A DNA stretch of 64,000 nt from Candidatus Hydrogenedens sp. (GTDB lineage Bacteria > Hydrogenedentota > Hydrogenedentia > Hydrogenedentales > Hydrogenedentaceae): the NCBI GenBank assembly GCA_049968235.1, contig JBMFRC010000006.1:32001-96000 (forward strand). The letters run 5' to 3'. How positions within the stretch are numbered: position 1 is the stretch's first letter; every line of letters starts with the position of its first letter. The notes under the pieces were generated by a model, which was not told the origin of the DNA, did no database searches, and saw only the letters and a program-made list of their open reading frames with translations. Both the position numbers and the translations under genes were made by a program. Of the stretch, positions 19,464 to 29,726 are shown piece by piece.

Positions 19464-19667
19464 AGATATATATCCTTCTTTTTATTATTGTTATTTTCAC
19501 TCCTTAAACTTTATTATATTATGAATGTTTAATATAAATCACTTTATTAAAAAGTCTGACGAATTAAACTCATTCTAAAAAATGTATATGAATACCATTT
19601 TCACTTGCAATATTTAACTAAAAATTGATATACTATGTTTCCAATTTAATAGTTTATTACTTACGGT

Positions 19668-19744
19668 GTTCCCGTAGCTCAATTGGATAGAGCGCTTGGC
19701 TACGGACCAAGAGGCTGGGGGTTCAACTCCCTCCGGGAACGCCA
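19668..19744 (+). tRNA. tRNA-Arg (anticodon ACG)
   Basis: Cloverleaf folded by hand: acceptor GTTCCCG/CGGGAAC, D-arm GCTC-AATTGGATA-GAGC, anticodon stem CTTGG/CCAAG with loop CTACGGA (anticodon ACG), T-arm GGGGG-TTCAACT-CCCTC, discriminator G, encoded CCA. Confidence 0.9.
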
Positions 19745-19775
19745 TTTTTCTTTTTAAACAACTTTTGGTAAATTC

Positions 19776-19804
19776 TTGACAATAGTATTAAAATAGTATA
19801 TAAT
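19776..19804 (+). promoter_or_regulatory. Consensus sigma70-type promoter for clpX (TTGACA-17 nt-TATAAT)
   Basis: Exact TTGACA at 19776-19781, a 17-nt spacer, and exact TATAAT at 19799-19804, about 75 nt upstream of the clpX ATG (GGAG RBS at 19870). Confidence 0.5.
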
Positions 19805-19879
19805 TGTTAAACACACAATATAATGTAAACCAAAATACTAAATATGGTATTATATAAGTAATACTTATTGGAGTAGTTT

Positions 19880-21160
19880 ATGAACCATCAAAGAATTAAA
19901 TCAGAAATCCCTACATGTTCTTTTTGTGGTAAGAAACATAATGAAGTGTCTAAACTCATTGCTGGTCCTGATGTTAATATATGTGATGAATGTGTTCGAC
20001 TTTGTGCTGATATAATTCGTGATGACCAAAATCGTAAAAAGCATCGTCGAACAATTAAAATTCCTACACCTCGAGAAATAAAAGAATTTTTAGACCAATA
20101 TGTTATAGGGCAGGAACAATCAAAACGAATTCTCTCTGTAGCCGTCCATAATCATTATAAAAGAATAGCCTATGGTGGTGAGATTCAGGGTATAGAAATT
20201 CAGAAATCAAATGTATTACTTATTGGACCTTCGGGAAGTGGAAAGACATTACTTGCAGAGACATTAGCACGAATGTTAGATGTCCCCTTTGCTATAGTGG
20301 ATGCAACAACATTAACAGAAGCAGGTTATGTGGGTGATGATGTGGAAAATATAATACTCAAACTTTTACAAAATGCGGAATTTGACATTGCTCGTGCTGA
20401 AACTGGGATTGTTTATATTGATGAGATAGATAAAATAGCTCGCAAGAGTGATAGCCCATCAATAACCCGTGATGTATCAGGTGAAGGGGTTCAACAGGCA
20501 CTTCTAAAAATTTTGGAGGGAACCATGTCCAATGTTCCACCTCAAGGGGGCAGAAAACATCCCCAACAAGAATGTATACAGGTAGATACTCGAAATATTT
20601 TATTTATTTGTGGTGGAGCCTTTAATGGTTTAGAAAGAATTATTCAAAAACGCGTGGGTAAGAATATTATCGGTTTCAAAGCAGACATCAAATCGAAAAA
20701 TGAATACAGCATCGGTGAATTGCTTGCTATGGTCAAGCCAGAAGATTTGATTTCTTTTGGTATGATTCCTGAATTTGTGGGTAGAATTCCCATTGTTGCA
20801 ACTCTTCACGAACTTAATATTAGCGATTTAAAGAAAATCCTGGTAGAACCCCGAAATGCTATAACTAAACAATATGAAAAATTATTTGAACTCGAAAATG
20901 TAAAACTTCGCTTTCCGGAGGAAACCATTGAGGCAATTGCTGAGTATGCAATAAAGAAAGAAACAGGAGCTAGAGGATTAAGAAGCATTTTAGAAGAAAT
21001 TATGTTAGATGTGATGTTTGAATTACCCTCACGAAAAGATATACGTGAATGTATCATTACACCCGGCGTTATCACAAAATCTGAGGAACCACTCTTTGTA
21101 TATGAACAAGATAACCGCACTAAAACAGAATCTAAAAATCGTAATTCAGCTACAGCATAA
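19880..21160 (+). CDS. clpX: ATP-dependent Clp protease ATP-binding subunit ClpX
   Basis: N-terminal zinc-binding CSFCGK...CDEC, Walker A GPSGSGKT, and the sensor/pore motifs of ClpX. Confidence 0.95.
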   Translation: MNHQRIKSEIPTCSFCGKKHNEVSKLIAGPDVNICDECVRLCADIIRDDQNRKKHRRTIKIPTPREIKEFLDQYVIGQEQSKRILSVAVHNHYKRIAYGGEIQGIEIQKSNVLLIGPSGSGKTLLAETLARMLDVPFAIVDATTLTEAGYVGDDVENIILKLLQNAEFDIARAETGIVYIDEIDKIARKSDSPSITRDVSGEGVQQALLKILEGTMSNVPPQGGRKHPQQECIQVDTRNILFICGGAFNGLERIIQKRVGKNIIGFKADIKSKNEYSIGELLAMVKPEDLISFGMIPEFVGRIPIVATLHELNISDLKKILVEPRNAITKQYEKLFELENVKLRFPEETIEAIAEYAIKKETGARGLRSILEEIMLDVMFELPSRKDIRECIITPGVITKSEEPLFVYEQDNRTKTESKNRNSATA

Positions 21161-21269
21161 ATAACTATCGCATTTTCCTGTATAATACTTTCTCTTCAAT
21201 AATATCTATTTTATCTTTTATGTTATTCTATTTAATTAAATCTTAAAATTATTTAATCTGGTTTAATTT

Positions 21270-23654
21270 ATGGGAAAAAAAAACAAAGTAACAAAAAACT
21301 CTGCGGAAAACCTACTCCCACATCAGGAACTTCCCGTACTTCCATTAACGGACATTGTATTATTTCCTAAAAATACAGTTCCTATTTTAGTATCAAAAGA
21401 TACATCCATCCATGCTATTCAAGAATCGATGCAAACATCAGAAAAGATTTTTTTAGCCTATCAGACATATTCCAAATTTGAAACTAAGGAGCCATCTTAT
21501 TTAGAAATTGGAACCATTGCACAAATTCAACAAGCCCTTATTTTGCCCGATAATACAATTAAAATTGTTATCGATACACAATCCCGTGCAAAAATTATAA
21601 ATTGGATTCAAGAAAAACCTTTCATGAAAGCGGAAGTGCAACCTTTTTCATTAGAATCTATCCATCCTTCTAATAAACGAAATAAAAAATCCTTTAATAC
21701 TTTTAAATCTGTATTGATAAAAGAATTTGAGATTTATGCAACAGAAAATACAAAAATACCTTCAGAAACACTTAAATTAATCCAACAATGTTCCAATTTT
21801 GAAGAAATTATAGATATTATTTGCACATATCTTAACATTCCTGTTTATGATAAGCAGGACTTAATAAAACTTACTCTATTAAAGGATATTTTTTCTACAT
21901 TAATATACATACTTCGGCGTGAAAATTCTAATTACACAAAAGAAAAAAAAGTAATTTCACATATAAAATATTGTTTTGGTGATGATACCAAATCATGGAT
22001 TTTGGATGACTCGGAGGATTCCCCCTTAGATGTGCAAAGTATTTCCGATTATTCATCTGACATAGATGAATTGAAACAACTTATAAAAAAATCCCATTTA
22101 CCTCCTCATGTTCTTGAAAAAGCTAATGCAGAAATAAAACACATGGAAAAAGTTCAGTCTTACAGTCCAGAATATTCAACTATCATGGAATATATTGAAT
22201 GGCTTTGCAATCTTCCATGGAATAAAAGAACAAAAGATAGAATGGACCTGAATCGTGCTAAAAAAATTCTGGACCGAGACCATTACGGTCTGGATAAAGT
22301 CAAAGAACGAATATTGGATTTTCTTGCCATTCGTATCCTTAGTAATAATTTAACCAAAGGCCCTGTCTTATGTCTTGTCGGCCCTCCAGGAGTTGGAAAA
22401 ACTTCATTAGGAAAATCTATCGCTTTGGCCTTAAACCGTAAATTCATTCGTATGTCGTTAGGCGGAATTCGTGATGAAGCAGAAATTCGTGGACATATTC
22501 GCACCTATGTAGCATCCATGCCCGGGAAAATTATTCAAAACATTAAAACAGTTAAAGTGAAAAATCCGGTTTTTGTCCTTGATGAAGTCGATAAAATAGG
22601 AACTGATTTTCGTGGAGATCCCGCATCTGCTTTATTAGAGGTATTAGACCCTGAACAAAATAAATATTTTACCGACCACTATTTAAATGTAGAATTTGAT
22701 TTATCCGAAGTCTTCTTCATAGCCACTGCAAACAACGAATATAATATTCCACATCCATTATTTGACCGTATGGAAGTTATACGAATACCCGGTTATACTC
22801 CAACAGAAAAATATGAAATTGCTCGAAAACATTTGATACCGAGACAAATAAAACTAAGTGGGCTTAAGAAGAATAATATCTCATTTAAATCCGAATCCAT
22901 CAAATATCTGATTACAAAATATACTGAAGAAGCAGGTGTTCGTGAATTAGAAAGACAAATTTCAGGTGTGGTTCGAAAAGTTGCTCGATGGATAGTTACA
23001 AAAGAAAAAAAATATCCAATCATAATTACAAAAAATGAAGTAGAAAATATTTTAGGTTCACCTATCTATTCGCATATTCAGATGACAAAAAACCTTTCAC
23101 CGGGAATGGCTGTGGGAATGGCATGGACCCCCTATGGAGGCACAATCCAAATAATTGAAACAAGTATCATGGAAGGAAAAGGAAAACTTCTCTGCACAGG
23201 ACAATTGGGTTCTGTTATGACAGAGTCGGCTCAGACTGCATTAACATTTATCCGCTCTAATTCATCAATGCTGAATATATCTGCAAACTTTTACAAAGAT
23301 ATGGATATACATATCCACGCCCCGGAGGCTTCTATACCTAAAGATGGGCCTTCCGCTGGTATCACCATTGCAGTTTCTTTATTATCTGCATTACTAAAAC
23401 GACCCATACCCGAAGGAATTGCAATGACAGGTGAAATTACCCTGACGGGTAGAGTCCTACCCGTTGGGGGTATTCGTGAAAAACTTCTTTGTGCTTATAT
23501 GGCAGGCATAAAAAACATCATCCTTCCTAAAGATAATGAAAAAGAATTAAAAGAAATCTCAGAAGAAATAAAAGAACATTTACATTTTCATTTTGTTGAA
23601 AATATAACACAAGTTTTCGATATTGTTTTTCCCGATATAGAGAAAAAGAAATAA
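21270..23654 (+). CDS. lon: ATP-dependent Lon protease
   Basis: Lon N-domain, AAA+ GPPGVGKTS, and the proteolytic Ser motif PKDGPSAGIT. Confidence 0.95.
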   Translation: MGKKNKVTKNSAENLLPHQELPVLPLTDIVLFPKNTVPILVSKDTSIHAIQESMQTSEKIFLAYQTYSKFETKEPSYLEIGTIAQIQQALILPDNTIKIVIDTQSRAKIINWIQEKPFMKAEVQPFSLESIHPSNKRNKKSFNTFKSVLIKEFEIYATENTKIPSETLKLIQQCSNFEEIIDIICTYLNIPVYDKQDLIKLTLLKDIFSTLIYILRRENSNYTKEKKVISHIKYCFGDDTKSWILDDSEDSPLDVQSISDYSSDIDELKQLIKKSHLPPHVLEKANAEIKHMEKVQSYSPEYSTIMEYIEWLCNLPWNKRTKDRMDLNRAKKILDRDHYGLDKVKERILDFLAIRILSNNLTKGPVLCLVGPPGVGKTSLGKSIALALNRKFIRMSLGGIRDEAEIRGHIRTYVASMPGKIIQNIKTVKVKNPVFVLDEVDKIGTDFRGDPASALLEVLDPEQNKYFTDHYLNVEFDLSEVFFIATANNEYNIPHPLFDRMEVIRIPGYTPTEKYEIARKHLIPRQIKLSGLKKNNISFKSESIKYLITKYTEEAGVRELERQISGVVRKVARWIVTKEKKYPIIITKNEVENILGSPIYSHIQMTKNLSPGMAVGMAWTPYGGTIQIIETSIMEGKGKLLCTGQLGSVMTESAQTALTFIRSNSSMLNISANFYKDMDIHIHAPEASIPKDGPSAGITIAVSLLSALLKRPIPEGIAMTGEITLTGRVLPVGGIREKLLCAYMAGIKNIILPKDNEKELKEISEEIKEHLHFHFVENITQVFDIVFPDIEKKK

Positions 23655-23708
23655 ATTCCTTATTTACCCTTATATCGTTACCTTTTTTATGGATATAAAG
23701 TAAAAAAT

Positions 23709-23717
23709 TGGTATAAT
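23709..23717 (+). promoter_or_regulatory. Extended -10 promoter element (TGgTATAAT) upstream of leuS
   Basis: TG at 23709-23710 and TATAAT at 23712-23717. An AGGAGG RBS lies 8 nt before the leuS ATG. Confidence 0.3.
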
Positions 23718-23772
23718 TTATTACTCTTTTAATTTTCCGAATCAAACAAATCCATAAGGAGGTCTTTTTTAT

Positions 23773-26301
23773 ATGTCAAACGGACTGTATAATCACAATG
23801 AAATTGAGAAAAAATGGCAAAAATATTGGATAGATAATAAAACATTTAAATCTGTTATAGACACATCTAAACCCAAATATTATGTTTTAGATATGTTTCC
23901 TTATCCCAGTGGTGATGGTCTACATGTAGGACATCCTGAAGGCTATACCGCTACAGATATAGTAGCACGATATAAAAGAATGAAAGGATTTAATGTGTTG
24001 CATCCTATGGGTTGGGATGCATTCGGCTTACCTGCAGAAAGACATGCAGTCCGCACAGGTGAACATCCCGCAGTTGTAACGAAAAAAAACTGTGATACAT
24101 TCCGAAGACAAATTCAAGCACTTGGGCTTTCCTATGATTGGGACCGTGAAATCAATACTACTGACCCTTCTTACTATAAATGGACACAATGGATATTTAC
24201 CGTGCTATTTGAACGGGGACTTGCCTATGAAACAGAAGCACCTGTCAACTGGTGTCCTGCTCTGGGAACGGTTTTAGCCAACGAAGAGGTCAAAGATGGT
24301 AAGTATGTTGAAACAGGGGACCCCGTAGAAAAAAGAATGATGCGTCAATGGATGTTAAAAATTACTGCTTACGCGGAAAGATTATTAGAAGACCTTAATG
24401 AGTTAGACTGGCCTCCGGGCATAATAGCCATGCAAAGAGAATGGATTGGTAAAAGTGAAGGGGCTGATGTAGATTTTGGAATTGATGGAACTGATATGAA
24501 ATTTACTGTATTTACCACACGCCCTGATACCCTTTTTGGTGCCACCTATTGCGTATTAGCCCCGGAACATCCTTTCGTATTACAAATAACAAAACCTGAG
24601 CATATGGATAATGTAAAACGATATATTGAACAAACCACAAGAAAAAGTACTCAGGAACGCATGAAGGATGAAAAGGAAAAAACAGGTGTTTTTACCGGAG
24701 CCTATGCTATTAATCCTGTAAATAACGCTAAAATACCTATCTGGATTGCTGATTATGTTTTAGCTGAATATGGCTATGGTGCAATCATGGCTGTACCTGC
24801 CCATGACACACGTGACTACGAATTTGCAAAAAAATATAACCTTCCTATTATAGAGGTAGTCTCCGGTGGAGATATTTCAAAGGAAGCCTATACAGGAGAT
24901 GGTACTCTGGTCAATTCGCCAATAATCAATGGACTTACAGTCCCTGAAGCAAAGAAAAAAATCACAAAATGGTTAGAAGAAAAAGGTTTGGGTAAAGCAA
25001 CGGTAAATTACAAACTTCGTGATTGGCTTTTCTCCCGACAGAGATATTGGGGCGAACCTTTCCCCATTATTCGCTTATCTGATGGCACTATTAAAGTGGT
25101 TCCCTTAAAAGATTTACCTGTCCTTTTGCCTGAATTGGATAACTATAAACCTACAGAAACTGGAGAACCTCCCCTTGCCCGGGCTAAAGACTGGGTTCAG
25201 ACGGTTGACCCCGAAACAGGTCAACCCGCAACACGAGAAACAAATACCATGCCTCAATGGGCAGGTTCTTGTTGGTATTTCTTGAGATTTGTTGACCCTC
25301 AAAATGATAAAGAAGCATGGTCAAAAGAAGCAGAACGATATTGGATGCCTGTTGACCTATACATCGGTGGGGCAGAACATGCGGTCTTACACCTTCTCTA
25401 TTCAAGGTTCTGGCATAAAGTCCTGTATGACGCAGGCTATGTTTCCACCAAAGAACCCTTCAAAAAACTGTTCAATCAAGGAATGATTCTTGCATATTCT
25501 TATCAGGATAAAAATGGAAAATACTATTATCCCCATCAGGTCGAGCAAAAAGAAGGACAATGGTTTATTAAAGGCACAGATATTCCTGTGGAAACGAAAA
25601 TCGAAAAAATGAGCAAATCCCGCTACAATGTGGTCAATCCTGATGAAGTTATCGAAAAATACGGGGCAGATGCCATGCGTATGTACGAAATGTTTATGGG
25701 ACCTCTGGATAGAGATAAGCCATGGACAGATGAAGGAATACAAGGTGTTTATAGATTTCTACGAAGAATCTGGTCTCTTTTTATTGACGAAAATGGCTCT
25801 CTTTCCACAAGATTTGTATATTCCGGTGGTAACCCCAGTTTAGAAAAGGAACTCCATAAAACGATTAAATCCGTTTCCGAAGATATTGAAAATTTACAGT
25901 TTAATACTGCTATCGCCAAAATGATGGAATTTGTGAACTTCGCAAATAAGGTAGAAAAAATTGATAAGCATATCGGTGAAAAATTCATACTGATTTTATC
26001 TCCATTTGCCCCCCATATCGCTGAAGAAATCTGGCAAAAGTTAGGACATAATCAAACATTAGCATACGAACCCTGGCCAGAATATGACAAAGACCTTATT
26101 AAAGAAGATGCCATAGAGATACCTATTCAGGTTAATGGGAAATTAAGAGGAAAAATTACAATATCTATCAATTCAAAAACCGAAGAAATTCTGGAACAAG
26201 CACGAAAAGAAGAAAAAATACTTCCTCACATTTCGGGAAAACAAATTGTTAAAGAGATATATGTTCCCGGAAAGTTAATAAACTTTGTTGTAAAAGGATA
26301 G
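23773..26301 (+). CDS. leuS: Leucyl-tRNA synthetase
   Basis: HVGHPEGY (HIGH-class motif), KMSKS, and the CP1 editing domain. Length 842 aa. Confidence 0.95.
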   Translation: MSNGLYNHNEIEKKWQKYWIDNKTFKSVIDTSKPKYYVLDMFPYPSGDGLHVGHPEGYTATDIVARYKRMKGFNVLHPMGWDAFGLPAERHAVRTGEHPAVVTKKNCDTFRRQIQALGLSYDWDREINTTDPSYYKWTQWIFTVLFERGLAYETEAPVNWCPALGTVLANEEVKDGKYVETGDPVEKRMMRQWMLKITAYAERLLEDLNELDWPPGIIAMQREWIGKSEGADVDFGIDGTDMKFTVFTTRPDTLFGATYCVLAPEHPFVLQITKPEHMDNVKRYIEQTTRKSTQERMKDEKEKTGVFTGAYAINPVNNAKIPIWIADYVLAEYGYGAIMAVPAHDTRDYEFAKKYNLPIIEVVSGGDISKEAYTGDGTLVNSPIINGLTVPEAKKKITKWLEEKGLGKATVNYKLRDWLFSRQRYWGEPFPIIRLSDGTIKVVPLKDLPVLLPELDNYKPTETGEPPLARAKDWVQTVDPETGQPATRETNTMPQWAGSCWYFLRFVDPQNDKEAWSKEAERYWMPVDLYIGGAEHAVLHLLYSRFWHKVLYDAGYVSTKEPFKKLFNQGMILAYSYQDKNGKYYYPHQVEQKEGQWFIKGTDIPVETKIEKMSKSRYNVVNPDEVIEKYGADAMRMYEMFMGPLDRDKPWTDEGIQGVYRFLRRIWSLFIDENGSLSTRFVYSGGNPSLEKELHKTIKSVSEDIENLQFNTAIAKMMEFVNFANKVEKIDKHIGEKFILILSPFAPHIAEEIWQKLGHNQTLAYEPWPEYDKDLIKEDAIEIPIQVNGKLRGKITISINSKTEEILEQARKEEKILPHISGKQIVKEIYVPGKLINFVVKG

Positions 26302-26318
26302 TTAAGGAAAATATCACT

Positions 26319-27758
26319 GTGTCATTTTCCTCAAAAAAAACTACTGTTCTTATTATAACTTATTATGTTATTTCTTTTTTTTGTATTTTCCCCTTGTTCG
26401 GAGAAAATATTCCATGTTCGGATATATACAATGTCAAAGAACTTGGTGCCAGGGGTGATGGGATTACTGATGATACAGAGACTATCCAGAAGGCTCTAAA
26501 TATTGCTGGTGAAAAAAAAGGAGGCATAGTTTTTCTTCCTATAGGTTCTTATCTTATAAAAGGAAACCTAATTGTCCCAGAAAATGTAACACTTGAAGGA
26601 ATATGGCGTTCTCCATTTCGCGGTGAATCATCTAAAGCAGGTAGTGTTTTGCTTGCAGTTTCAGGCAAATGCGAAACAGATGGAATTCCCTTGATTCGTG
26701 TTAATACAAGTTCAACATTAAAAGGATTTGCAGTTTTTTACCCTGAACAAACAAGAACAGACCCTCCTATTCCCTATCCGTGGACAATTCAATGCAATGG
26801 TCCAGCAGATGATGTCTCATTGATAGACTTAACACTTATTAATCCCTATAAAGCCATAGACTTTGGAACATTTCCCGCAGGTAGACACAAAATAAAAAAT
26901 ATACATGCATATCCATTATATCGTGGGCTGTATATCAATCAGTGTTATGATGTCGGCAGAATTGAAGATATTCACTTTTGGCCCTTCTGGGATTTAAATC
27001 CCAATAGTCCTCTCTGGAAATTTACTCAAAGAGAAGGTATTGCTTTTATCATAGGAAAAACTGATGGTGAAATGGGACATAACCTTTTCAGTATCTTTTA
27101 TTCTATTGGTATGCAATTCATTGCAGGACCTATATATGATGAAAATAAAAATGTAATAAAAAATCTACCAGGCAGTGGAACTTATACACATTGTTATATG
27201 GATATTACACCTTGTGCGGTAAAAGTGGATAGTGCAATGGAAAATGCAGGCATTACCTTTCTAAACTCATCTTTTATGGCTAAAGTTGTAGTAAGTCCTT
27301 CCAATCGGGGTCCTGTAAAATTTGTCGGTTGCGGTTTCTGGGGAACTAAAGATTCCGATTATCAGGTTTTAACAGAAGGACAGGGAAGTGTTACCCTCGA
27401 TGCCTGTCATTTTAGTGGTTGGGACCGTATCTCAAAAGGGCTTCCATGTATCAACGCTAATAATAGATATTTAATCATATCAAATTGTGAGTTTATCGGT
27501 ACTTCTATAGAGAATTCCATCATCCAATTAGGACCTCGTCTTCGTTCCGGAATTATCACTTCCAATATAAGTCACGGAAGTTTTGAAATAACAAACAACA
27601 CATTAAAATCCGCTCAAATTATCATTAAAGATAATTTAGCAACACCTAAAACAAACTTCGTTTTAGATTGGACACTAGTAGGTCCTTTTCCAAATTCACA
27701 AATAATACATCAACAGATACAGAAATTTCTCGAGAAGGATTTAATAAAGACTTTTTAG
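26319..27758 (+). CDS. Right-handed beta-helix protein (Pectate_lyase_3 / glycoside hydrolase-like) with N-terminal signal anchor. The C-terminal part is probably continued in the next ORF via a -1 frameshift.
   Basis: GARGDGITDDTETIQKAL is the hallmark N-terminal motif of the pectate-lyase-3/GH55/GH28-type beta-helix. GTG start with AAGGA RBS, 17 nt after leuS. It ends with WTLVGPFPN, which begins a jelly-roll domain. Confidence 0.6.
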   Translation: MSFSSKKTTVLIITYYVISFFCIFPLFGENIPCSDIYNVKELGARGDGITDDTETIQKALNIAGEKKGGIVFLPIGSYLIKGNLIVPENVTLEGIWRSPFRGESSKAGSVLLAVSGKCETDGIPLIRVNTSSTLKGFAVFYPEQTRTDPPIPYPWTIQCNGPADDVSLIDLTLINPYKAIDFGTFPAGRHKIKNIHAYPLYRGLYINQCYDVGRIEDIHFWPFWDLNPNSPLWKFTQREGIAFIIGKTDGEMGHNLFSIFYSIGMQFIAGPIYDENKNVIKNLPGSGTYTHCYMDITPCAVKVDSAMENAGITFLNSSFMAKVVVSPSNRGPVKFVGCGFWGTKDSDYQVLTEGQGSVTLDACHFSGWDRISKGLPCINANNRYLIISNCEFIGTSIENSIIQLGPRLRSGIITSNISHGSFEITNNTLKSAQIIIKDNLATPKTNFVLDWTLVGPFPNSQIIHQQIQKFLEKDLIKTF

Positions 27759-28216
27759 AAATTATAGGAGGAGAAACAAAAACAGAGTTGCTGTCAAATA
27801 AAGATATAAAAAAACTTAAAGAAATATATAAAGATATAAAAATTGTTAATTATAATTCCTTACATACAAAGTCTGTAAAGATTAAACTTCATGAAATATT
27901 TGGTATGGAACCCGCTACCGCTTATGCCATTACTTATATTTATTCAAAAGAGAAACAAAATGTATTGCTCGAATTAGGGATGAATGATGGCGGAAAAGTT
28001 TTCTTAAATGGAAAAGAGGTTTATTCAAGATTTTCAAGAGACGGGATGACTTGTGAACCTGGCACCGATACTTTTACATCTGAATTAATGAAAGATTATA
28101 ATACTCTCCTTCTGAAAATCGCAAATTCAGGTGGAAAGTGGGAATTTATGGTAGAAATATATCCCGATATAAAAGAAGACATATCAATTACAACACAAAA
28201 ACCGATAAATAATTAA
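27668..28216 (+). CDS. Galactose-binding-like jelly-roll domain ORF (WxVxGPF...GSDDG-VWLNG-type domain); likely the C-terminal portion of the preceding gene, in the -1 frame
   Basis: GFNKDFLE, AYAITYIYS, LELGMNDGGKVFLNGKEVY and LLLKIANSGGKWEF match the common jelly-roll domain that starts with W-x-V-x-GPF. That start motif sits in frame 0 at the end of the previous ORF. No RBS; TTG start only. Upstream stops in this frame at 27626, 27632 and 27647. Confidence 0.5.
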   Translation: MDTSRSFSKFTNNTSTDTEISREGFNKDFLEIIGGETKTELLSNKDIKKLKEIYKDIKIVNYNSLHTKSVKIKLHEIFGMEPATAYAITYIYSKEKQNVLLELGMNDGGKVFLNGKEVYSRFSRDGMTCEPGTDTFTSELMKDYNTLLLKIANSGGKWEFMVEIYPDIKEDISITTQKPINN

Positions 28217-28244
28217 TTATAAACATAAATATATACAAATAATT

Positions 28245-29717
28245 ATGCTGTTCAACTCTGTTCATTTTGCTATATTTTTTCCCATAGTAGTTACTTTATA
28301 TTTTTTATTGCCTCATAAATTCCGTTGGCTTTTACTACTTATTGCCAGTTATTACTTCTATATGGCATGGATACCTATTTATGTTCTACTTTTACTTGCT
28401 TCAACAATTGTGGATTATATTAGTGGATTGTTATTTGAAAAAACAAAGATAGAATATAAACGCAAATTAATTCTAATTTTTAGCCTTTTAATAAATTTGG
28501 GGATACTTTTTACTTTCAAATATTACAATTTTTTTATGGATAGCGTCGAAAAACTATCTATTTATCTAAATATCCCTATAAATATTCATTACTCTTCCCT
28601 TCTATTACCCATTGGCATTTCTTTCTATACATTTCAAACTTTAGCATATACCATTGATGTATATCGTCGTAAAATAAAACCAGAAAAACATTTCGGCATT
28701 TTCGCTCTCTATGTTACCTTCTTCCCGCAATTAGTGGCTGGTCCCATTGAGAGAGCAGATACATTAATTCCTCAACTTAAACAATATCATAATTTTGATA
28801 CAAAACGAGTCACTGATGGATTAAAACTTATGGCATGGGGACTTTTCAAAAAAGTCGTTGTTGCAGACCGGTTAGGGATGATGTCCGCTTATGTTTTTGC
28901 AAATCCCCAATCACATGATGGGATGGGGCTTCTCTTTGCTATGGTTTTTTCCAGTTGGCAAATATATTGTGATTTTTCGGGCTATTCTGACATTGCAGTA
29001 GGTTCTGCAAAAGTATTAGGAATTAATTTAATACAAAATTTTGAACGACCTTATTTTTCCCGTTCCTTCCCTGAATTATGGAGAAGATGGCATATTTCGC
29101 TCATGAATTGGTTTCGAGATTATGTTTTCTACCCTCTGGGAGGCAGTCGTTATGGTGTCCTCAATACATGCAGGAATTTAATTATCGTTTTTACATTAAG
29201 CGGTGTATGGCACGGTGCAAATTGGACCTATATATTCTGGGGTTTCCTGATGGGACTATGTCTGGTCATATCTCTCCTGACCCGTGATATACGGAAAATT
29301 ATTGTTGAAAAAATTGGCTTAACGCATTTCCCTAAAATCCATCAGGGAATACAAATGTTAATAACCTACTCCATTTTCTTATTCTTTGGTGTTCCATTCC
29401 GATCAGAAAAAATAGGCGATGTATTTTATATATGGTCGCACCTATTAACAGGTTGGACACATCCTACTCATGGATTGGATTTTGATGATTTTGTCGTAAG
29501 TTTAGGTATGCCAACAGAACAGGAGTTCCATGTAGCAATAATATCTCTCTTATTTTTGATAATAGTAGAAGCATTTCAAGCATATGGAATCTCTTTACGA
29601 GAAAAACTTGAACAGCGGAATATAGCAATACGATGGGCTTGCTACTATATTTTTCTTTTTTTAATTGCATTTTATGGTGTATGGAACAGTTCACCTTTTA
29701 TTTATTTCCAATTTTAA
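28245..29717 (+). CDS. MBOAT family membrane-bound O-acyltransferase (AlgI/DltB-like)
   Basis: N-terminus MLFNSVHFAIFFP... is AlgI/DltB-like. The conserved His region WRRWHISLMNWFRDYVFYPLGG is present. About 10 TM helices. Confidence 0.85.
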   Translation: MLFNSVHFAIFFPIVVTLYFLLPHKFRWLLLLIASYYFYMAWIPIYVLLLLASTIVDYISGLLFEKTKIEYKRKLILIFSLLINLGILFTFKYYNFFMDSVEKLSIYLNIPINIHYSSLLLPIGISFYTFQTLAYTIDVYRRKIKPEKHFGIFALYVTFFPQLVAGPIERADTLIPQLKQYHNFDTKRVTDGLKLMAWGLFKKVVVADRLGMMSAYVFANPQSHDGMGLLFAMVFSSWQIYCDFSGYSDIAVGSAKVLGINLIQNFERPYFSRSFPELWRRWHISLMNWFRDYVFYPLGGSRYGVLNTCRNLIIVFTLSGVWHGANWTYIFWGFLMGLCLVISLLTRDIRKIIVEKIGLTHFPKIHQGIQMLITYSIFLFFGVPFRSEKIGDVFYIWSHLLTGWTHPTHGLDFDDFVVSLGMPTEQEFHVAIISLLFLIIVEAFQAYGISLREKLEQRNIAIRWACYYIFLFLIAFYGVWNSSPFIYFQF

Positions 29718-29726
29718 GGGATACTT

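Noticed and set aside
21161-21269. TATAAT hexamer at about 21184 upstream of lon as an independent promoter.
   Set aside because: No convincing -35 or extended -10 context. lon may be co-transcribed with clpX.
27700-27735. Programmed -1 ribosomal frameshift site in the beta-helix gene.
   Set aside because: No X-XXY-YYZ slippery heptamer or obvious downstream pseudoknot. An indel or pseudogene is more parsimonious. Kept only as a finding to check.
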